Source of the DNA: Spirochaetia bacterium
GTDB taxonomy: Bacteria > Spirochaetota > Spirochaetia > SZUA-6 > Bin103
NCBI GenBank assembly: GCA_965208575.1
Contig: CBDBOV010000006.1
Coordinates: 1,248,001-1,312,000 of the forward strand
DNA length: 64,000 nt
Direction of reading: 5' to 3'
The notes beneath the pieces are model-generated. The model saw only the letters and a program-made list of their open reading frames with translations, searched no databases and had not been told where the DNA came from. Positions 19,329-28,980 of the stretch are shown piece after piece. Positions within the stretch are counted from its first letter, which is position 1; every line of letters begins with the position of its first letter. Both the position numbers and the translations under genes were made by a program.

Positions 19329-20249
19329 TTACTTTGCCTTCCTTGCTGCGTCGTAGCGGCCGGCGCCGCCTCTCAGGCGCGGGTCGAGGAGGTCCCTTAT
19401 CGCGTCGCCGACCATGTTCAGGCTGTACACCACGGTGGTCAGGCAGAGACCCGGCCAGAGCGCCAGCCACGGCGCCGACTCCATGTACTTGCGGCCTTCC
19501 CGGCTGAGCATCCCGCCCCAGCTCGGGACCTCGATCGGCATGCCGTAACCGAGGAAACTGAGGGACGCCTCCGATATGACTACCGCGCCGATGTTGATGC
19601 TGAAGATGATGATCACCGGAGCCGCAATATTGGGCAGCACGTGGCGCGTGAGTATATTCCATTGCGAGCATCCGATTGCTTCTGCGGCCTGAAAATAGGT
19701 GTTCTCCTTCACCCCGATGACCGCGCCTCTGGCGATTCTCGAGCCGGGTATGCCGCCGGATATGCCGAGCACGATGATGATCTGAAACATTCCACGTCCC
19801 ACTATCGACATGATCGTCAACAACAGGAGAAGGCCGGGGAAACACATCCAGGCATCGACGAATCTCTGCACCGCCAGGTCGAATCTGCCGCCGATGAATC
19901 CCGACGTCCCGCCGATGAGCACCGCTACCGTGACCGTCAAGGCGCTGGCCACCATGCCCACGGTCAACGAAATACGGGCACCGTAGATAAGGCGGCTCAA
20001 GAAGTCCCGCCCCAGGTAGTCGGTGCCCAACGGATACGTTATCGATGGACCGGTCAAGCGGTCCTCCAAGTGCGGCTCATCATACGCGTACGGAGCAACG
20101 AAATCGGCACAAACAGCGACGATCACGAAGACCACGACGACGACACCGCAGATCGTGCCGAGCGGTTTTCGTTGCCACAACCGAATCAGGAAATTGACCG
20201 ACCCGATGCCTCTCTTGCGGTCGCCGTCCGCCGGCCCTGTTTCCCTCAC
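19329..20249 (-). CDS. ABC transporter permease (DppC-like), cassette 1
   Basis: LGTDYLGRD.LSRLIYGARISL, HVLPN, EASLSFLG, PSWG. Confidence 0.93.
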   Translation of the reverse strand: MRETGPADGDRKRGIGSVNFLIRLWQRKPLGTICGVVVVVFVIVAVCADFVAPYAYDEPHLEDRLTGPSITYPLGTDYLGRDFLSRLIYGARISLTVGMVASALTVTVAVLIGGTSGFIGGRFDLAVQRFVDAWMCFPGLLLLLTIMSIVGRGMFQIIIVLGISGGIPGSRIARGAVIGVKENTYFQAAEAIGCSQWNILTRHVLPNIAAPVIIIFSINIGAVVISEASLSFLGYGMPIEVPSWGGMLSREGRKYMESAPWLALWPGLCLTTVVYSLNMVGDAIRDLLDPRLRGGAGRYDAARKAK

Positions 20250-21202
20250 TTGTAGCGGATCCGGGGATCGAGATATGGATAGATCAGGTCGATGAGCAGG
20301 TTGATCCCGACCACCGATGTGGCGAAAAAGAGATTCACCCCGGACACCATCGGGTAGTCTCTATCCTCGAGGGCGAGCAGAAACAACCGACCCAAACCGG
20401 GCAGGTTGAAAATGTTCTCTATGATGACAGAGCCGCCGACCAGTACCGGAAGCTGGAGACCAATCAGGGTAACCACGGAGATGAGGGCGTTCTTGACCGC
20501 ATGCCTCATGACCACCACCCGCTCCCGCAATCCCTTCGACCACGCGGTCCTGATGTAGTCCTGCCGGAGCACCTCCAGCATCATGGTACGGGTCATGCGC
20601 ATGGTCGACGCGGAAAAGTATGTCCCCATAATTAGACTGGGGAGGAAGAACATGCCCAGATTCTCGAGCGGGTTGTCGGCGAATCGGATCAACCTCATCG
20701 GCGGTGACCAGTTCCACCAGATTGCCGGGAACACCATGATCATGGTGGCGATCCAGAAGCTCGGGGTGGCGATGCCGATTACCGCTACGGTGCGACCCAG
20801 ATAATCGCCGGCGGTCTCCTGCCGGATCGCTGAATAGACGCCGATCGGGAGAGCTATCACGAGGCCGATAATGATCGCCAGCAGACCAAGTTCGAGGGTC
20901 ACCGGTAGTCGGTCGGCAATCTTTTCTTCCACGGTCCAATCGCTCATCATCGATTCGCCGAGGGTGCCGTGCAGAATAATCCCGCCGATCCAGCGTCCGT
21001 ACTGGACGTGCGCGGGCACGTCCAGGCCCAGCCTGCGCTCGAGAATTTCCCGGTCGACGTTGCCGATCTGCTGTTCCATCACGCCCAGCATGGCATCTAC
21101 CACGTCACCCGGAATGAACCGGACCGAGAAGAACACCAGGACGCTGAGCAGAAACAGGGTTGGGATGATGAGCAGCAGCCGCCTGATGATGTAGGCTCTC
21201 AT
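20246..21202 (-). CDS. ABC transporter permease (DppB-like), cassette 1
   Basis: MRAYIIRRLL, PGD, DYIRTAWSKGL, RDYP. Confidence 0.93.
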   Translation of the reverse strand: MRAYIIRRLLLIIPTLFLLSVLVFFSVRFIPGDVVDAMLGVMEQQIGNVDREILERRLGLDVPAHVQYGRWIGGIILHGTLGESMMSDWTVEEKIADRLPVTLELGLLAIIIGLVIALPIGVYSAIRQETAGDYLGRTVAVIGIATPSFWIATMIMVFPAIWWNWSPPMRLIRFADNPLENLGMFFLPSLIMGTYFSASTMRMTRTMMLEVLRQDYIRTAWSKGLRERVVVMRHAVKNALISVVTLIGLQLPVLVGGSVIIENIFNLPGLGRLFLLALEDRDYPMVSGVNLFFATSVVGINLLIDLIYPYLDPRIRYK

Positions 21203-21222
21203 GTCCCCAACCTCAAGGTTGC

Positions 21223-21249
21223 GGGACGGCGGCGTGGCACCGCCGTCCC
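21223..21249 (-). terminator. Intercistronic hairpin after SBP
   Basis: GGGACGGCGG-7nt-CCGCCGTCCC perfect 10-bp stem; no U tract. Confidence 0.55.
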
Positions 21250-21262
21250 ACGGGTGAAATCC

Positions 21263-23056
21263 CTAGTAGCCCATTTCCTTTTTCAGCGCGCTGTCGAGCC
21301 AAAGCCGCGACCAGATGATACCGCCATAGTTCATCCCGCCGAGGGTGACCTCGCCGTTGAACCCGACAACCCACGGCTGAGCCGCCTGGTAGAGCGGGCC
21401 CTTCGGACCCCACGTCTGCACGTGCTGCTCTACCCAATACATGCTTCCCTTGATCGACTGTTCCTTCAGTTCCTCGATGGTGGTAGCCGCTCTCGCAGCC
21501 GCCACGATCGCGTTATAGGCAGGATCGTCAAACTGTCCGCGGTTCCATTGATGTCCTACCTCAAAGGTCGACAGGGCATCTACAGGCGGATAAGGAGTGC
21601 CCGCAATCGATTGTACCAGGCCACCAAAGCTCAGGTCCTTGATGCGGGCGACATGGGTAGCTCCTTGCACCGGCGTCAACGTGACATCGACACCAATCTT
21701 GGACCAGGAATTCTTGACCAGCTCTGCCCACTCCGGAGTGCTCGTCCAGTGGTCCAGGTTGGTCCTGATTCTGATCCCGTCGGCGCCCCGCGGATAGCCG
21801 GCTTCATCGAGCAGTTCCTCTGCCCGTTCCGGATTGTACGCGTACTCTTCCTTGAGCTCATCCGGCCACTCGTCGTATGGGGTCACGTACCCCACCCAGC
21901 CATCGCCGAGATAAGCTTGCGGCTTCCAAAAACTCGCGCCACCGAAAAAGGTATTGTGGAATGTCTCATTGTCCAGCGCCAACTGCATCGCGATACGCAC
22001 CCTGATGTCGTCGAATGGCGGTGCCGTCATGTTGAAGGCAAAACAATAATTGGACCTGAAGTACCACGGATACAAAACGATATCCGGATTGGTCTCGGCA
22101 AGGTTTTGCGCGGTCTCCAATACGCGTATGTTCGAGCCCCTCGCGCCGTGCCCGATGAAATCGATCTTGCCGGTTCTCAGTGCCGACAGGCGGGTGGTCT
22201 CTTCCGGCATGACCAGGGCTTCTACCCGGTCCATGTAGGGCAACCGGTTTTCCGGAAATTTCTCGTCGAATCCCCAGTAATTCGGGTTCCTTTCCCAGGT
22301 GATGGAACTGCCATCGACCCAATCGGTCAGCATGAAGGGGCCAGTACCGACCACATCCCGCCAATCGTTCACATCGCCCTTCTCCATGATCACCTCGGGG
22401 GGCAGGATGTAGGCAAGCGCGTCGTCGATGATTACCCGGAAGGCGGCCAGAGACGGTGTCTTCAGCTTGAACACGACGGTGTAGTCGTCGACCGCGGTTA
22501 CGGATTCCGCCGGAACCTGCGGAAGCTGCAAAGTGTAGCCGGGATAGTCGGTGAAGCCGCTGCCCAGGCCCATCAGGCGATGATAGTTGTACTCGATATC
22601 CTTGGCGGTCAGCTCGCGTCCGTTGAGCGGCGCCTTGTCGTGCCAATGCACGCCTTTGCGGATGTGGAAGACGTAGGTTAGCTGGTCCGGTGTCTCCCAG
22701 CTTTCGGCGAGAGCACCGGTATAGGCGACGTCGGCGACCAGCTCGGTACCGTAGTCGTACACGCTCCTGTCTATGCCCCAGTTTCCCTGGGAGAGCTTTT
22801 CATTGACGCCGCTGAGCAGGAATCCGGCGTGGTGACGTGCTACCGAGGGATCGGTTCCGTCCGGTTGACCGTTGTAGCCTGGAAAGAACGTTCCGCCGTA
22901 TTGCGGCGCCAGGATTTCCTTGCCGGTGGTGGGGTCGGTCACGTATGTCTTGGCGGCTGCCGGCGCCTCTTCCGAGGCAGCGGCCCATAGGCCGGTTGCG
23001 GCCAGGACGAGGACCAACGCAACCGCGAGGGTGGTCGTGAGTTTTCCTACCTTCAT
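21263..23056 (-). CDS. ABC transporter substrate-binding protein, family 5, cassette 1
   Basis: AAGGAG RBS; signal peptide MKVGKL...ATGLWAAASEE; LAESWE, RKGVHWH, GTGPF, RNPNYW. Confidence 0.93.
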   Translation of the reverse strand: MKVGKLTTTLAVALVLVLAATGLWAAASEEAPAAAKTYVTDPTTGKEILAPQYGGTFFPGYNGQPDGTDPSVARHHAGFLLSGVNEKLSQGNWGIDRSVYDYGTELVADVAYTGALAESWETPDQLTYVFHIRKGVHWHDKAPLNGRELTAKDIEYNYHRLMGLGSGFTDYPGYTLQLPQVPAESVTAVDDYTVVFKLKTPSLAAFRVIIDDALAYILPPEVIMEKGDVNDWRDVVGTGPFMLTDWVDGSSITWERNPNYWGFDEKFPENRLPYMDRVEALVMPEETTRLSALRTGKIDFIGHGARGSNIRVLETAQNLAETNPDIVLYPWYFRSNYCFAFNMTAPPFDDIRVRIAMQLALDNETFHNTFFGGASFWKPQAYLGDGWVGYVTPYDEWPDELKEEYAYNPERAEELLDEAGYPRGADGIRIRTNLDHWTSTPEWAELVKNSWSKIGVDVTLTPVQGATHVARIKDLSFGGLVQSIAGTPYPPVDALSTFEVGHQWNRGQFDDPAYNAIVAAARAATTIEELKEQSIKGSMYWVEQHVQTWGPKGPLYQAAQPWVVGFNGEVTLGGMNYGGIIWSRLWLDSALKKEMGY

Positions 23057-23078
23057 CAGGTATCTCCTTGTGTCGATG

Positions 23079-23246
23079 TGTCGATTTTCCGAGAGTATTG
23101 CAGTGCGGGTGGTCGCTCCCTGGCTACTCCCTCGCCGGCAACGCCGGCGGCCAGACGTAGTCAAATGGATTACAGCGCGCGGCGTGTGACTCAGCGGGGT
23201 TCACCCGCGCTCACGCCGCGCGCGGGTAGGGTTCTTTGAGTGTCAT
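23079..23246 (-). ncRNA. Candidate structured cis-regulatory RNA leader, copy 1
   Basis: Conserved with 31871-32038, with compensatory stems and two pseudoknot-type pairings (see findings). Confidence 0.7.
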
Positions 23247-23446
23247 CAAGCACCTCCAACGTTCGGTACGGTGACGGTGAATGGCGGCGACGGCGCGCGC
23301 GGGGGAGTGATCAGCCGGAGTGCTTGGTCGTTCTCGGTTCGACAAGGTTGACGGGTGGGCACCGGCTGCGTCACCGCCAACCGGTCACTGCGCTCACTGT
23401 CGCCATTGCGCATCATGACCATCCGTTCGATCCTTGAACCCTCCCG

Positions 23447-23475
23447 AGTCTCACAGGCTCGCCGGACCATGTCAA
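23447..23475 (-). promoter_or_regulatory. Sigma70-like promoter
   Basis: TTGACA-17 bp-GAGACT with a TG extension. Confidence 0.45.
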
Positions 23476-23558
23476 GCGCGCCGGCCGTCCGGTCTCGCCG
23501 GCCGGCGACTGTTCCGCCGTTACCCAGGCAGGCGGCGACGGCGCCGCGCGGGCAAGGG

Positions 23559-24710
23559 CTACTTGTAGGGGTCGGCGGCGTCGCGGAGGCCGTCGCCGAG
23601 GAAGTTGAAGGCGAGCACCGCGGCTACCACGAACAGGCCGGGGATCAGCAGCCACGGGTGCAGCAGCACGGCGTGCACGTTCTGGGCGTCCTTCAGCAGG
23701 GTGCCCCAGCTCACCACCGGCGGGCGCAGGCCCAGGCCCAGGAAGCTGAGCGCGGTTTCGCCCAGGATCATGTAGGGCACCGCCAGGGTCAGGCTCACGA
23801 TCAGGTAGCTCAGGAACGACGGCAGGAGGTGCAGGGCGACGATCTTGCCCTCGCCCCTGCCCGCCACCCGCGCCGCGGTTACGAAGTCCTGCTGGCGCAA
23901 CTCCAGCAGCTTGCCGCGCACCACCCGCGCCAGCCCCGCCCAGCCGAACATCGACAGGATGATGGTGATCGCGAAGTAGGTCTTCAGGGTGCCCCAGTGG
24001 GTCGGCAGGGCGGCGCTCAGCGCCATCCAGAGGGGGATGGTGGGCAGCGAGATCAGGATCTCGATGCCGCGCTGTATGATCATGTCGGGCTTGCCGCCGT
24101 AGTAGCCGGAAATGCCGCCCATGGTGCAGCCGAGCACGAAGCTCAGGAACACGCCCACCAGGCCGATCGACAGCGAGATGCGCGACGCGTAGACGGTGCG
24201 CGAGTACAGGTCGCGGCCGAGTTTGTCGGTGCCGAACAGGTAGAACGCACCGTCCTCGACCCCGGCCAGGCGCAGGTCCGCCTCCCAGATGCCCCACAGC
24301 TTGTAGGGGTCGCCGTGCACGAAGAAGCGGACGTAGTGGCGCGTCTCGGGGTCTTCCTTGTACACGCGGCGGAACGCCTTGCGGTCCACCACCTTCTGCA
24401 CGTCGTACACGAACGGGCGCAGCCCCCAGCCGTTCTGGTCGCCGAAGCGGATCTTCTGCGGCCGCATGTACACGAACTCCGCGTCGTGCTTGAGGATGTC
24501 GTGGGTGGCGAAGAACTCGCTGAAGAGGGCGAACAGGTAGAACACCGCCAGCACCGCCCCGCCGGCGATGGCCAGCCGGTGGCGCGTGAACTTGCGCCAC
24601 ATGAGCTGCCACTGCGAGGCGACGAAATAGCGGTCGTCCTCGGCGGCACGCGAGACCGGTCCGGCGGTGCGCGGCGCCTGACCCGCGCCGGGTGCGGCGA
24701 TGTCGCTCAT
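23559..24710 (-). CDS. ABC transporter permease (long DppC-like), cassette 2
   Basis: ASQWQLMWRKF, FGTDKLGRD, GETALSFLGLG, DAADPY. Confidence 0.93.
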   Translation of the reverse strand: MSDIAAPGAGQAPRTAGPVSRAAEDDRYFVASQWQLMWRKFTRHRLAIAGGAVLAVFYLFALFSEFFATHDILKHDAEFVYMRPQKIRFGDQNGWGLRPFVYDVQKVVDRKAFRRVYKEDPETRHYVRFFVHGDPYKLWGIWEADLRLAGVEDGAFYLFGTDKLGRDLYSRTVYASRISLSIGLVGVFLSFVLGCTMGGISGYYGGKPDMIIQRGIEILISLPTIPLWMALSAALPTHWGTLKTYFAITIILSMFGWAGLARVVRGKLLELRQQDFVTAARVAGRGEGKIVALHLLPSFLSYLIVSLTLAVPYMILGETALSFLGLGLRPPVVSWGTLLKDAQNVHAVLLHPWLLIPGLFVVAAVLAFNFLGDGLRDAADPYK

Positions 24711-24711
24711 G

Positions 24712-25707
24712 TCAGCCCGCCATCGCCTCGTAGCGGATGCGCGGATCGATCAGCACCAGCAGCATGTCGGAGATGAACGTGCCGATTACCACCATGAAGG
24801 TCAGCAGCATGGTGATGCTGCCGGCCAGGTACATGTCCTGCGCCAACAGCGCCCGGAACAGCAGCGGCCCGGTGGTCTCCAGCCCCAGCACGATCGCCGT
24901 AATCGTCTCTCCCGAAACGATGCCGGCCAGCGCCCAGCCCACCGTGCTGACGATCGGGTTGATCGACAGCCGCACCGGGTACTTGTACAGCAGCGTATGC
25001 TCGTCCACCCCCTTGGCGCGCGCCGTGATCACGTACTGCCGCGCCAGCTCGTCGAGCAGCGAACCGCGCATCACGCGCACCAGGTAGCCGGTGCCGGCGG
25101 TGCCGATCACCAGCACCGGAATCGGCATGTGCTTGAGCAGGTCGAGCACCCGCGCCCAGCTCCACGGCGCGTCGACGAACTCCGGCGAGAAAAGCCCGCC
25201 GATGCTCCAGCCGAACCAGCGGTTGAACAGCAGCATGAAGATCAGCGCGAGCAGGAAGTTGGGCGTCGCCAGGCCCACGAATCCCATGAAGGTGAAGGAG
25301 AAGTCGGCGACCGAGTACTGGTGGGTGGCGGAGTAGATGCCGATCGGGATCGCGATGACGTAGGCGAACAGCAGCGACGACAGCGACAGCAGCACCGTGA
25401 ACGGTAGCCGGTCGGCGATCAGCGTGCCCACCTTCTCCTTGAGGTTGAACGACCAGCCCAGGTTGCCGCGCGAAATGCGCCAGATCCACACCGCGTACTG
25501 CACGTGCACCGGCTTGTCCAGGCCGTACAGCTTGCCCATCGCCGCCAGCTCCGCCTCGTCGACGTCGCGCCCGAGCGCCTGCTGGTTGGCGCGGTACACG
25601 GTCAGGTAGTCGCCCGGCGGAAGCTGGATGATCAGGAACGAGATCATCGACACCAGCACCAGGACCAGGGCCATGTACAGCACGCGCCGGATGACGTAGT
25701 TAACCAT
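24712..25707 (-). CDS. ABC transporter permease (DppB-like), cassette 2
   Basis: IIQLPPGDY, YVITARAKG, QDMYLAG, DPRIR. Confidence 0.93.
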   Translation of the reverse strand: MVNYVIRRVLYMALVLVLVSMISFLIIQLPPGDYLTVYRANQQALGRDVDEAELAAMGKLYGLDKPVHVQYAVWIWRISRGNLGWSFNLKEKVGTLIADRLPFTVLLSLSSLLFAYVIAIPIGIYSATHQYSVADFSFTFMGFVGLATPNFLLALIFMLLFNRWFGWSIGGLFSPEFVDAPWSWARVLDLLKHMPIPVLVIGTAGTGYLVRVMRGSLLDELARQYVITARAKGVDEHTLLYKYPVRLSINPIVSTVGWALAGIVSGETITAIVLGLETTGPLLFRALLAQDMYLAGSITMLLTFMVVIGTFISDMLLVLIDPRIRYEAMAG

Positions 25708-25720
25708 TTGCTGCGCTTGG

Positions 25721-25762
25721 AAAAAACGGCGGGCACCGGCTGCTGCGGCCGGCGCCCGCCGT
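25721..25762 (-). terminator. Intrinsic terminator/attenuator between SBP and permease
   Basis: ACGGCGGGCGCCGGC...GCCGGTGCCCGCCGT stem followed by a T run on the minus strand. Confidence 0.75.
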
Positions 25763-25791
25763 CATCTATCGTACGCTAACGCTCCGTGGAG

Positions 25792-27747
25792 CTACTGCTT
25801 GACCCACCACTGGTAGACGCGCCCGCGGAAGTTGCCCGCGGTGGCGTTGGTCCACGCCAGCTCGTCGTACAGGTTCATGATGTTGCGGCGGAAGATCATC
25901 GGGCGCGGCGGCAGGCCGACGGTACCGATGGCAAACACGTTCTCGGCGAACATCATCATGAATTCCTTGCCCATTGCCTGCCACTTGGCGTCGTCGAGCT
26001 CGTTGCGCATCGCGTGGCCGAGATCGAGCATCTCCTTGGCCACGCCGACCGGCTCCTCGCCCGACTCGCCGTTGGACTGGTACCAGTTGCGCCACATCGG
26101 CGCCCAGTGACCGATGGTCAGGAACCAGCCGCTCGCCGGGCTGTCGGTGCGGTACTTCAACTGGCTCGGTTCCATGATCCAGGTAGTCAGGTCGTAGTCG
26201 GCGTTGTTGGTGCGCAGCGAGAACAGGCTGCGCTCGATGATGCTGAACTTCAGCTCGATGCCCACCTCGCGCCAGTAGTTGGTGACCAGCTCGGAGATGG
26301 TGACCAGGTCGGCCAGGCCGGTGCCGGTGATCACCTCCAGGGTCAGGCGGTTGCCGTCGGAACTGAGCCGGTAGCCGTCGCCGTCGCGCTCGGTCAGGCC
26401 GATCTCGTCGAGCAGCCGGTTGGCCTCGTCCACGTCGTAGCGGATCGCCTCCTGCTCGGCGGCCTGCACCTCTTCATCGTAGAACGGCTCGTCGCCGAGG
26501 GCGAAGCCGAGCAGCGGCGTGGCCAGCCCCTGGAACACGATGTCGTTGATCTCGTCGCGGTCGATGGCGTGCGACAGCGCCTGCCGGAACCGCTTGTCGC
26601 GGTACAGCTCGCGCCGCACCGGGTCCTTGTGGTTCAGGTTCAGGTAGTAGGAGCCGGCGCCGGCCCAGGTGTTGGGGCCGATGATCACGTTGTAGTTGTA
26701 GCGCTCGGCGTTCTGCTCCAGCAGCGGCGCCTCGTCCATGCCGAAGCCCTCGACCAGGAAGTCGAACTCGCCGGCGATGCCGCGCGCCTTGACCAGCTCC
26801 GACTCGACCACCAGCACGCCGTAGATGTTGTCCAGGTAGGGGAGCTGGTTGCCGGCCTCGTCCACCTTCCAGTAGTAGGGATTGCGGTCCCAGACGGTGC
26901 GGTCCATGGTCACCGAGGTGGGTACCCAGGCGTACAGGTAGGGCGGGCCGGGATAGTGGATGTAGGGCCGCGTCTTTTCGCGCGTCTGGTTGAACAGTTG
27001 CCACCACTCCTCGAGCCCCTCTTCCTTGGCCTTCTTGTCGGCGTCCTCGTTGTAGTCGATGTGCAGCTCCTTGAAGTAGTGCGCCGGGAAGTAGTGGTTC
27101 ATGTAGCCATTGGCGGCCGTGAACATGAACAGTTGCGCGGGCGACGGCCCGGCGAACCCGAACTGCACGGTGCTGTCGTCGATCTGCGTGAAGGTCATGC
27201 GGGAGCCGTGCGACATCCAGGCGCCAGGGGTGAGCGGCGTCAGCTTGTCGTTGAACTGCACGTCCTCGTAGTAGAAGCGCAGGTCCTCGGCGGTGAACGG
27301 CGATCCGTCCGACCACTTGATGCCCTCGCGCAGGTGCACGGTGAGCTGCGACTTGTCGTCGTTCCAGTCCCAGGCGCGCGCCACGTTGGGCACCACGTTC
27401 AGGGAGTCCTCGGGGTCGAGCTCCATCAACGGTTCGATGTTGACGTGCGCGATCATGTACCAGTTGCCGGTGCTGTGCTTGATCGCCGTGATCGCACCGC
27501 CGTACTCGCCGATCTCATCCTTGACCTTTACCACCAGCGGCTCCGGCGGCAGCCGTTCCTCCACCGGCGGCAGGTCTCCGGACGCCACCAGTTGCGCCAG
27601 CGCGGGCGCCTCGTTGAAGCTGCCGGAAGCGGCCATCGCCCCCGCCGAGCTCGCCTCTGACGAGCCCTCGTCCTCGCCGCCGGCCCAGACCATCGCGGCC
27701 GAACCGAGCAGCACCAGCGAAACCATTACGCCGGTCATCGCTTTCAT
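25792..27747 (-). CDS. ABC transporter substrate-binding protein, family 5, cassette 2
   Basis: Signal peptide; EAPALAQLVASGDLPPVEERLP, KWSDG.PFTAED, RNPYYWKVD..GNQLPYLD. Confidence 0.93.
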   Translation of the reverse strand: MKAMTGVMVSLVLLGSAAMVWAGGEDEGSSEASSAGAMAASGSFNEAPALAQLVASGDLPPVEERLPPEPLVVKVKDEIGEYGGAITAIKHSTGNWYMIAHVNIEPLMELDPEDSLNVVPNVARAWDWNDDKSQLTVHLREGIKWSDGSPFTAEDLRFYYEDVQFNDKLTPLTPGAWMSHGSRMTFTQIDDSTVQFGFAGPSPAQLFMFTAANGYMNHYFPAHYFKELHIDYNEDADKKAKEEGLEEWWQLFNQTREKTRPYIHYPGPPYLYAWVPTSVTMDRTVWDRNPYYWKVDEAGNQLPYLDNIYGVLVVESELVKARGIAGEFDFLVEGFGMDEAPLLEQNAERYNYNVIIGPNTWAGAGSYYLNLNHKDPVRRELYRDKRFRQALSHAIDRDEINDIVFQGLATPLLGFALGDEPFYDEEVQAAEQEAIRYDVDEANRLLDEIGLTERDGDGYRLSSDGNRLTLEVITGTGLADLVTISELVTNYWREVGIELKFSIIERSLFSLRTNNADYDLTTWIMEPSQLKYRTDSPASGWFLTIGHWAPMWRNWYQSNGESGEEPVGVAKEMLDLGHAMRNELDDAKWQAMGKEFMMMFAENVFAIGTVGLPPRPMIFRRNIMNLYDELAWTNATAGNFRGRVYQWWVKQ

Positions 27748-27776
27748 ACCTACCTCCCTTGGAAGTGTGATGGTCG

Positions 27777-27805
27777 TTTATAGGCCACCCGGCCCCACCC
27801 GTCAA
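27777..27805 (-). promoter_or_regulatory. Sigma70-like promoter
   Basis: TTGACG-17 bp-TATAAA, upstream of a GGAGG RBS. Confidence 0.65.
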
Positions 27806-28014
27806 GGAGCACCGGCTCGCCCATCGGCGTCCGCTGATGCGAATCGGCACGTCGTCACGTGCCGCGCGGGCGGTTGGGGCGCTGCAGCGATGGGGGAGGG
27901 ACAAAGGCATTGCAGCGGGGTAGATCAAGGGTTAGCATGTACCTATGGCTGAGAGGTTGCAACCAGCCCTCGTCGCCTTGATTCCCGCGTTGATCGGCTC
28001 CGGGATGGCGTTGT

Positions 28015-28980
28015 TTATCGCCGTGAAGGGGTGGCGACGTTCGACTTGGCGGCATCGGCGCCGAGACGACCCACGCCGCCCCTGAGCGTGGTTGCGCCAC
28101 GCAACCTTGGATCGAGCAGGTCGCGCACCGCGTCACCCAACATGTTGAAACTGTACACCACGATGGTCAGGCACAGGCCGGGCCACAGCGCCAACCACGG
28201 CGCCTGCTCCATGTACTTGCGCCCCTCCCGGCTGAGCATGCCTCCCCAGTCGGGGATGGTGGCCGGCAGACCGAATCCCAGGAAGCCCAGTGCGGCCAAC
28301 GCCATGATCACGCCGCCTATACTGGTGCTGAATGAAATGATTATGACCGGTGTGATATTGGGCACGACATGGCGTAGGAGCGATCTCCATCGCGACGAGC
28401 CAACCGCCTCGGCGACGTCGAAATAGGCGTTCTCCTTGATAGCGATGACAGCGCCTCTGATTACTCTCGCGCCGCCTATGCCGCCCGATATCCCCATGAC
28501 CAGGATGATCTGCAGCAGTCCCTCCCCCACTATGGCTATGAGGGTCAACAGCAGCAGCAATCCCGGAAACGCCATCCAGGCATCGACGAATCTCTGCACG
28601 CCCAGGTCCAGTTTGCCACCGACAAATCCCGAAACCCCACCGATCACGGTGCTGATGAATACGCTGATGGTGGTCACCGATACGCCGACCAGTACGGACA
28701 CGCGAGCTCCGAAGATAAGGCGGCTCAGGAGGTCTCGTCCGGCCTGGTCGGTACCAAGCAGATAACGGGCCGATGGGCCCTGCAGGCGGTCTACCAGGTG
28801 CAGTTCGGCATATGGATAGGGCGACAATGCATCTCCAAAGACAGCCACCAGGATTACCATGAGTATGACGACCCCGCTGGCCGCGCCCAACGGCTTCTCG
28901 GTGACCAGCCTGATAACGAATCTGGCCGCCGCGCTGCGTCTCCTGGGCTCGTTCACTGCGCCGACGGGCATCCGAGACAT
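28015..28980 (-). CDS. ABC transporter permease (DppC-like), cassette 3
   Basis: TGATG coupling with the upstream gene; LGTDQAGRD; close paralog of 19329-20249. Confidence 0.92.
   Translation of the reverse strand: MSRMPVGAVNEPRRRSAAARFVIRLVTEKPLGAASGVVILMVILVAVFGDALSPYPYAELHLVDRLQGPSARYLLGTDQAGRDLLSRLIFGARVSVLVGVSVTTISVFISTVIGGVSGFVGGKLDLGVQRFVDAWMAFPGLLLLLTLIAIVGEGLLQIILVMGISGGIGGARVIRGAVIAIKENAYFDVAEAVGSSRWRSLLRHVVPNITPVIIISFSTSIGGVIMALAALGFLGFGLPATIPDWGGMLSREGRKYMEQAPWLALWPGLCLTIVVYSFNMLGDAVRDLLDPRLRGATTLRGGVGRLGADAAKSNVATPSRR

Noticed and set aside
23246-23470. Small ORF upstream of the RNA leader
   Set aside because: It has no recognisable motif and no counterpart upstream of copy 2, so it cannot be supported as a gene or leader peptide.
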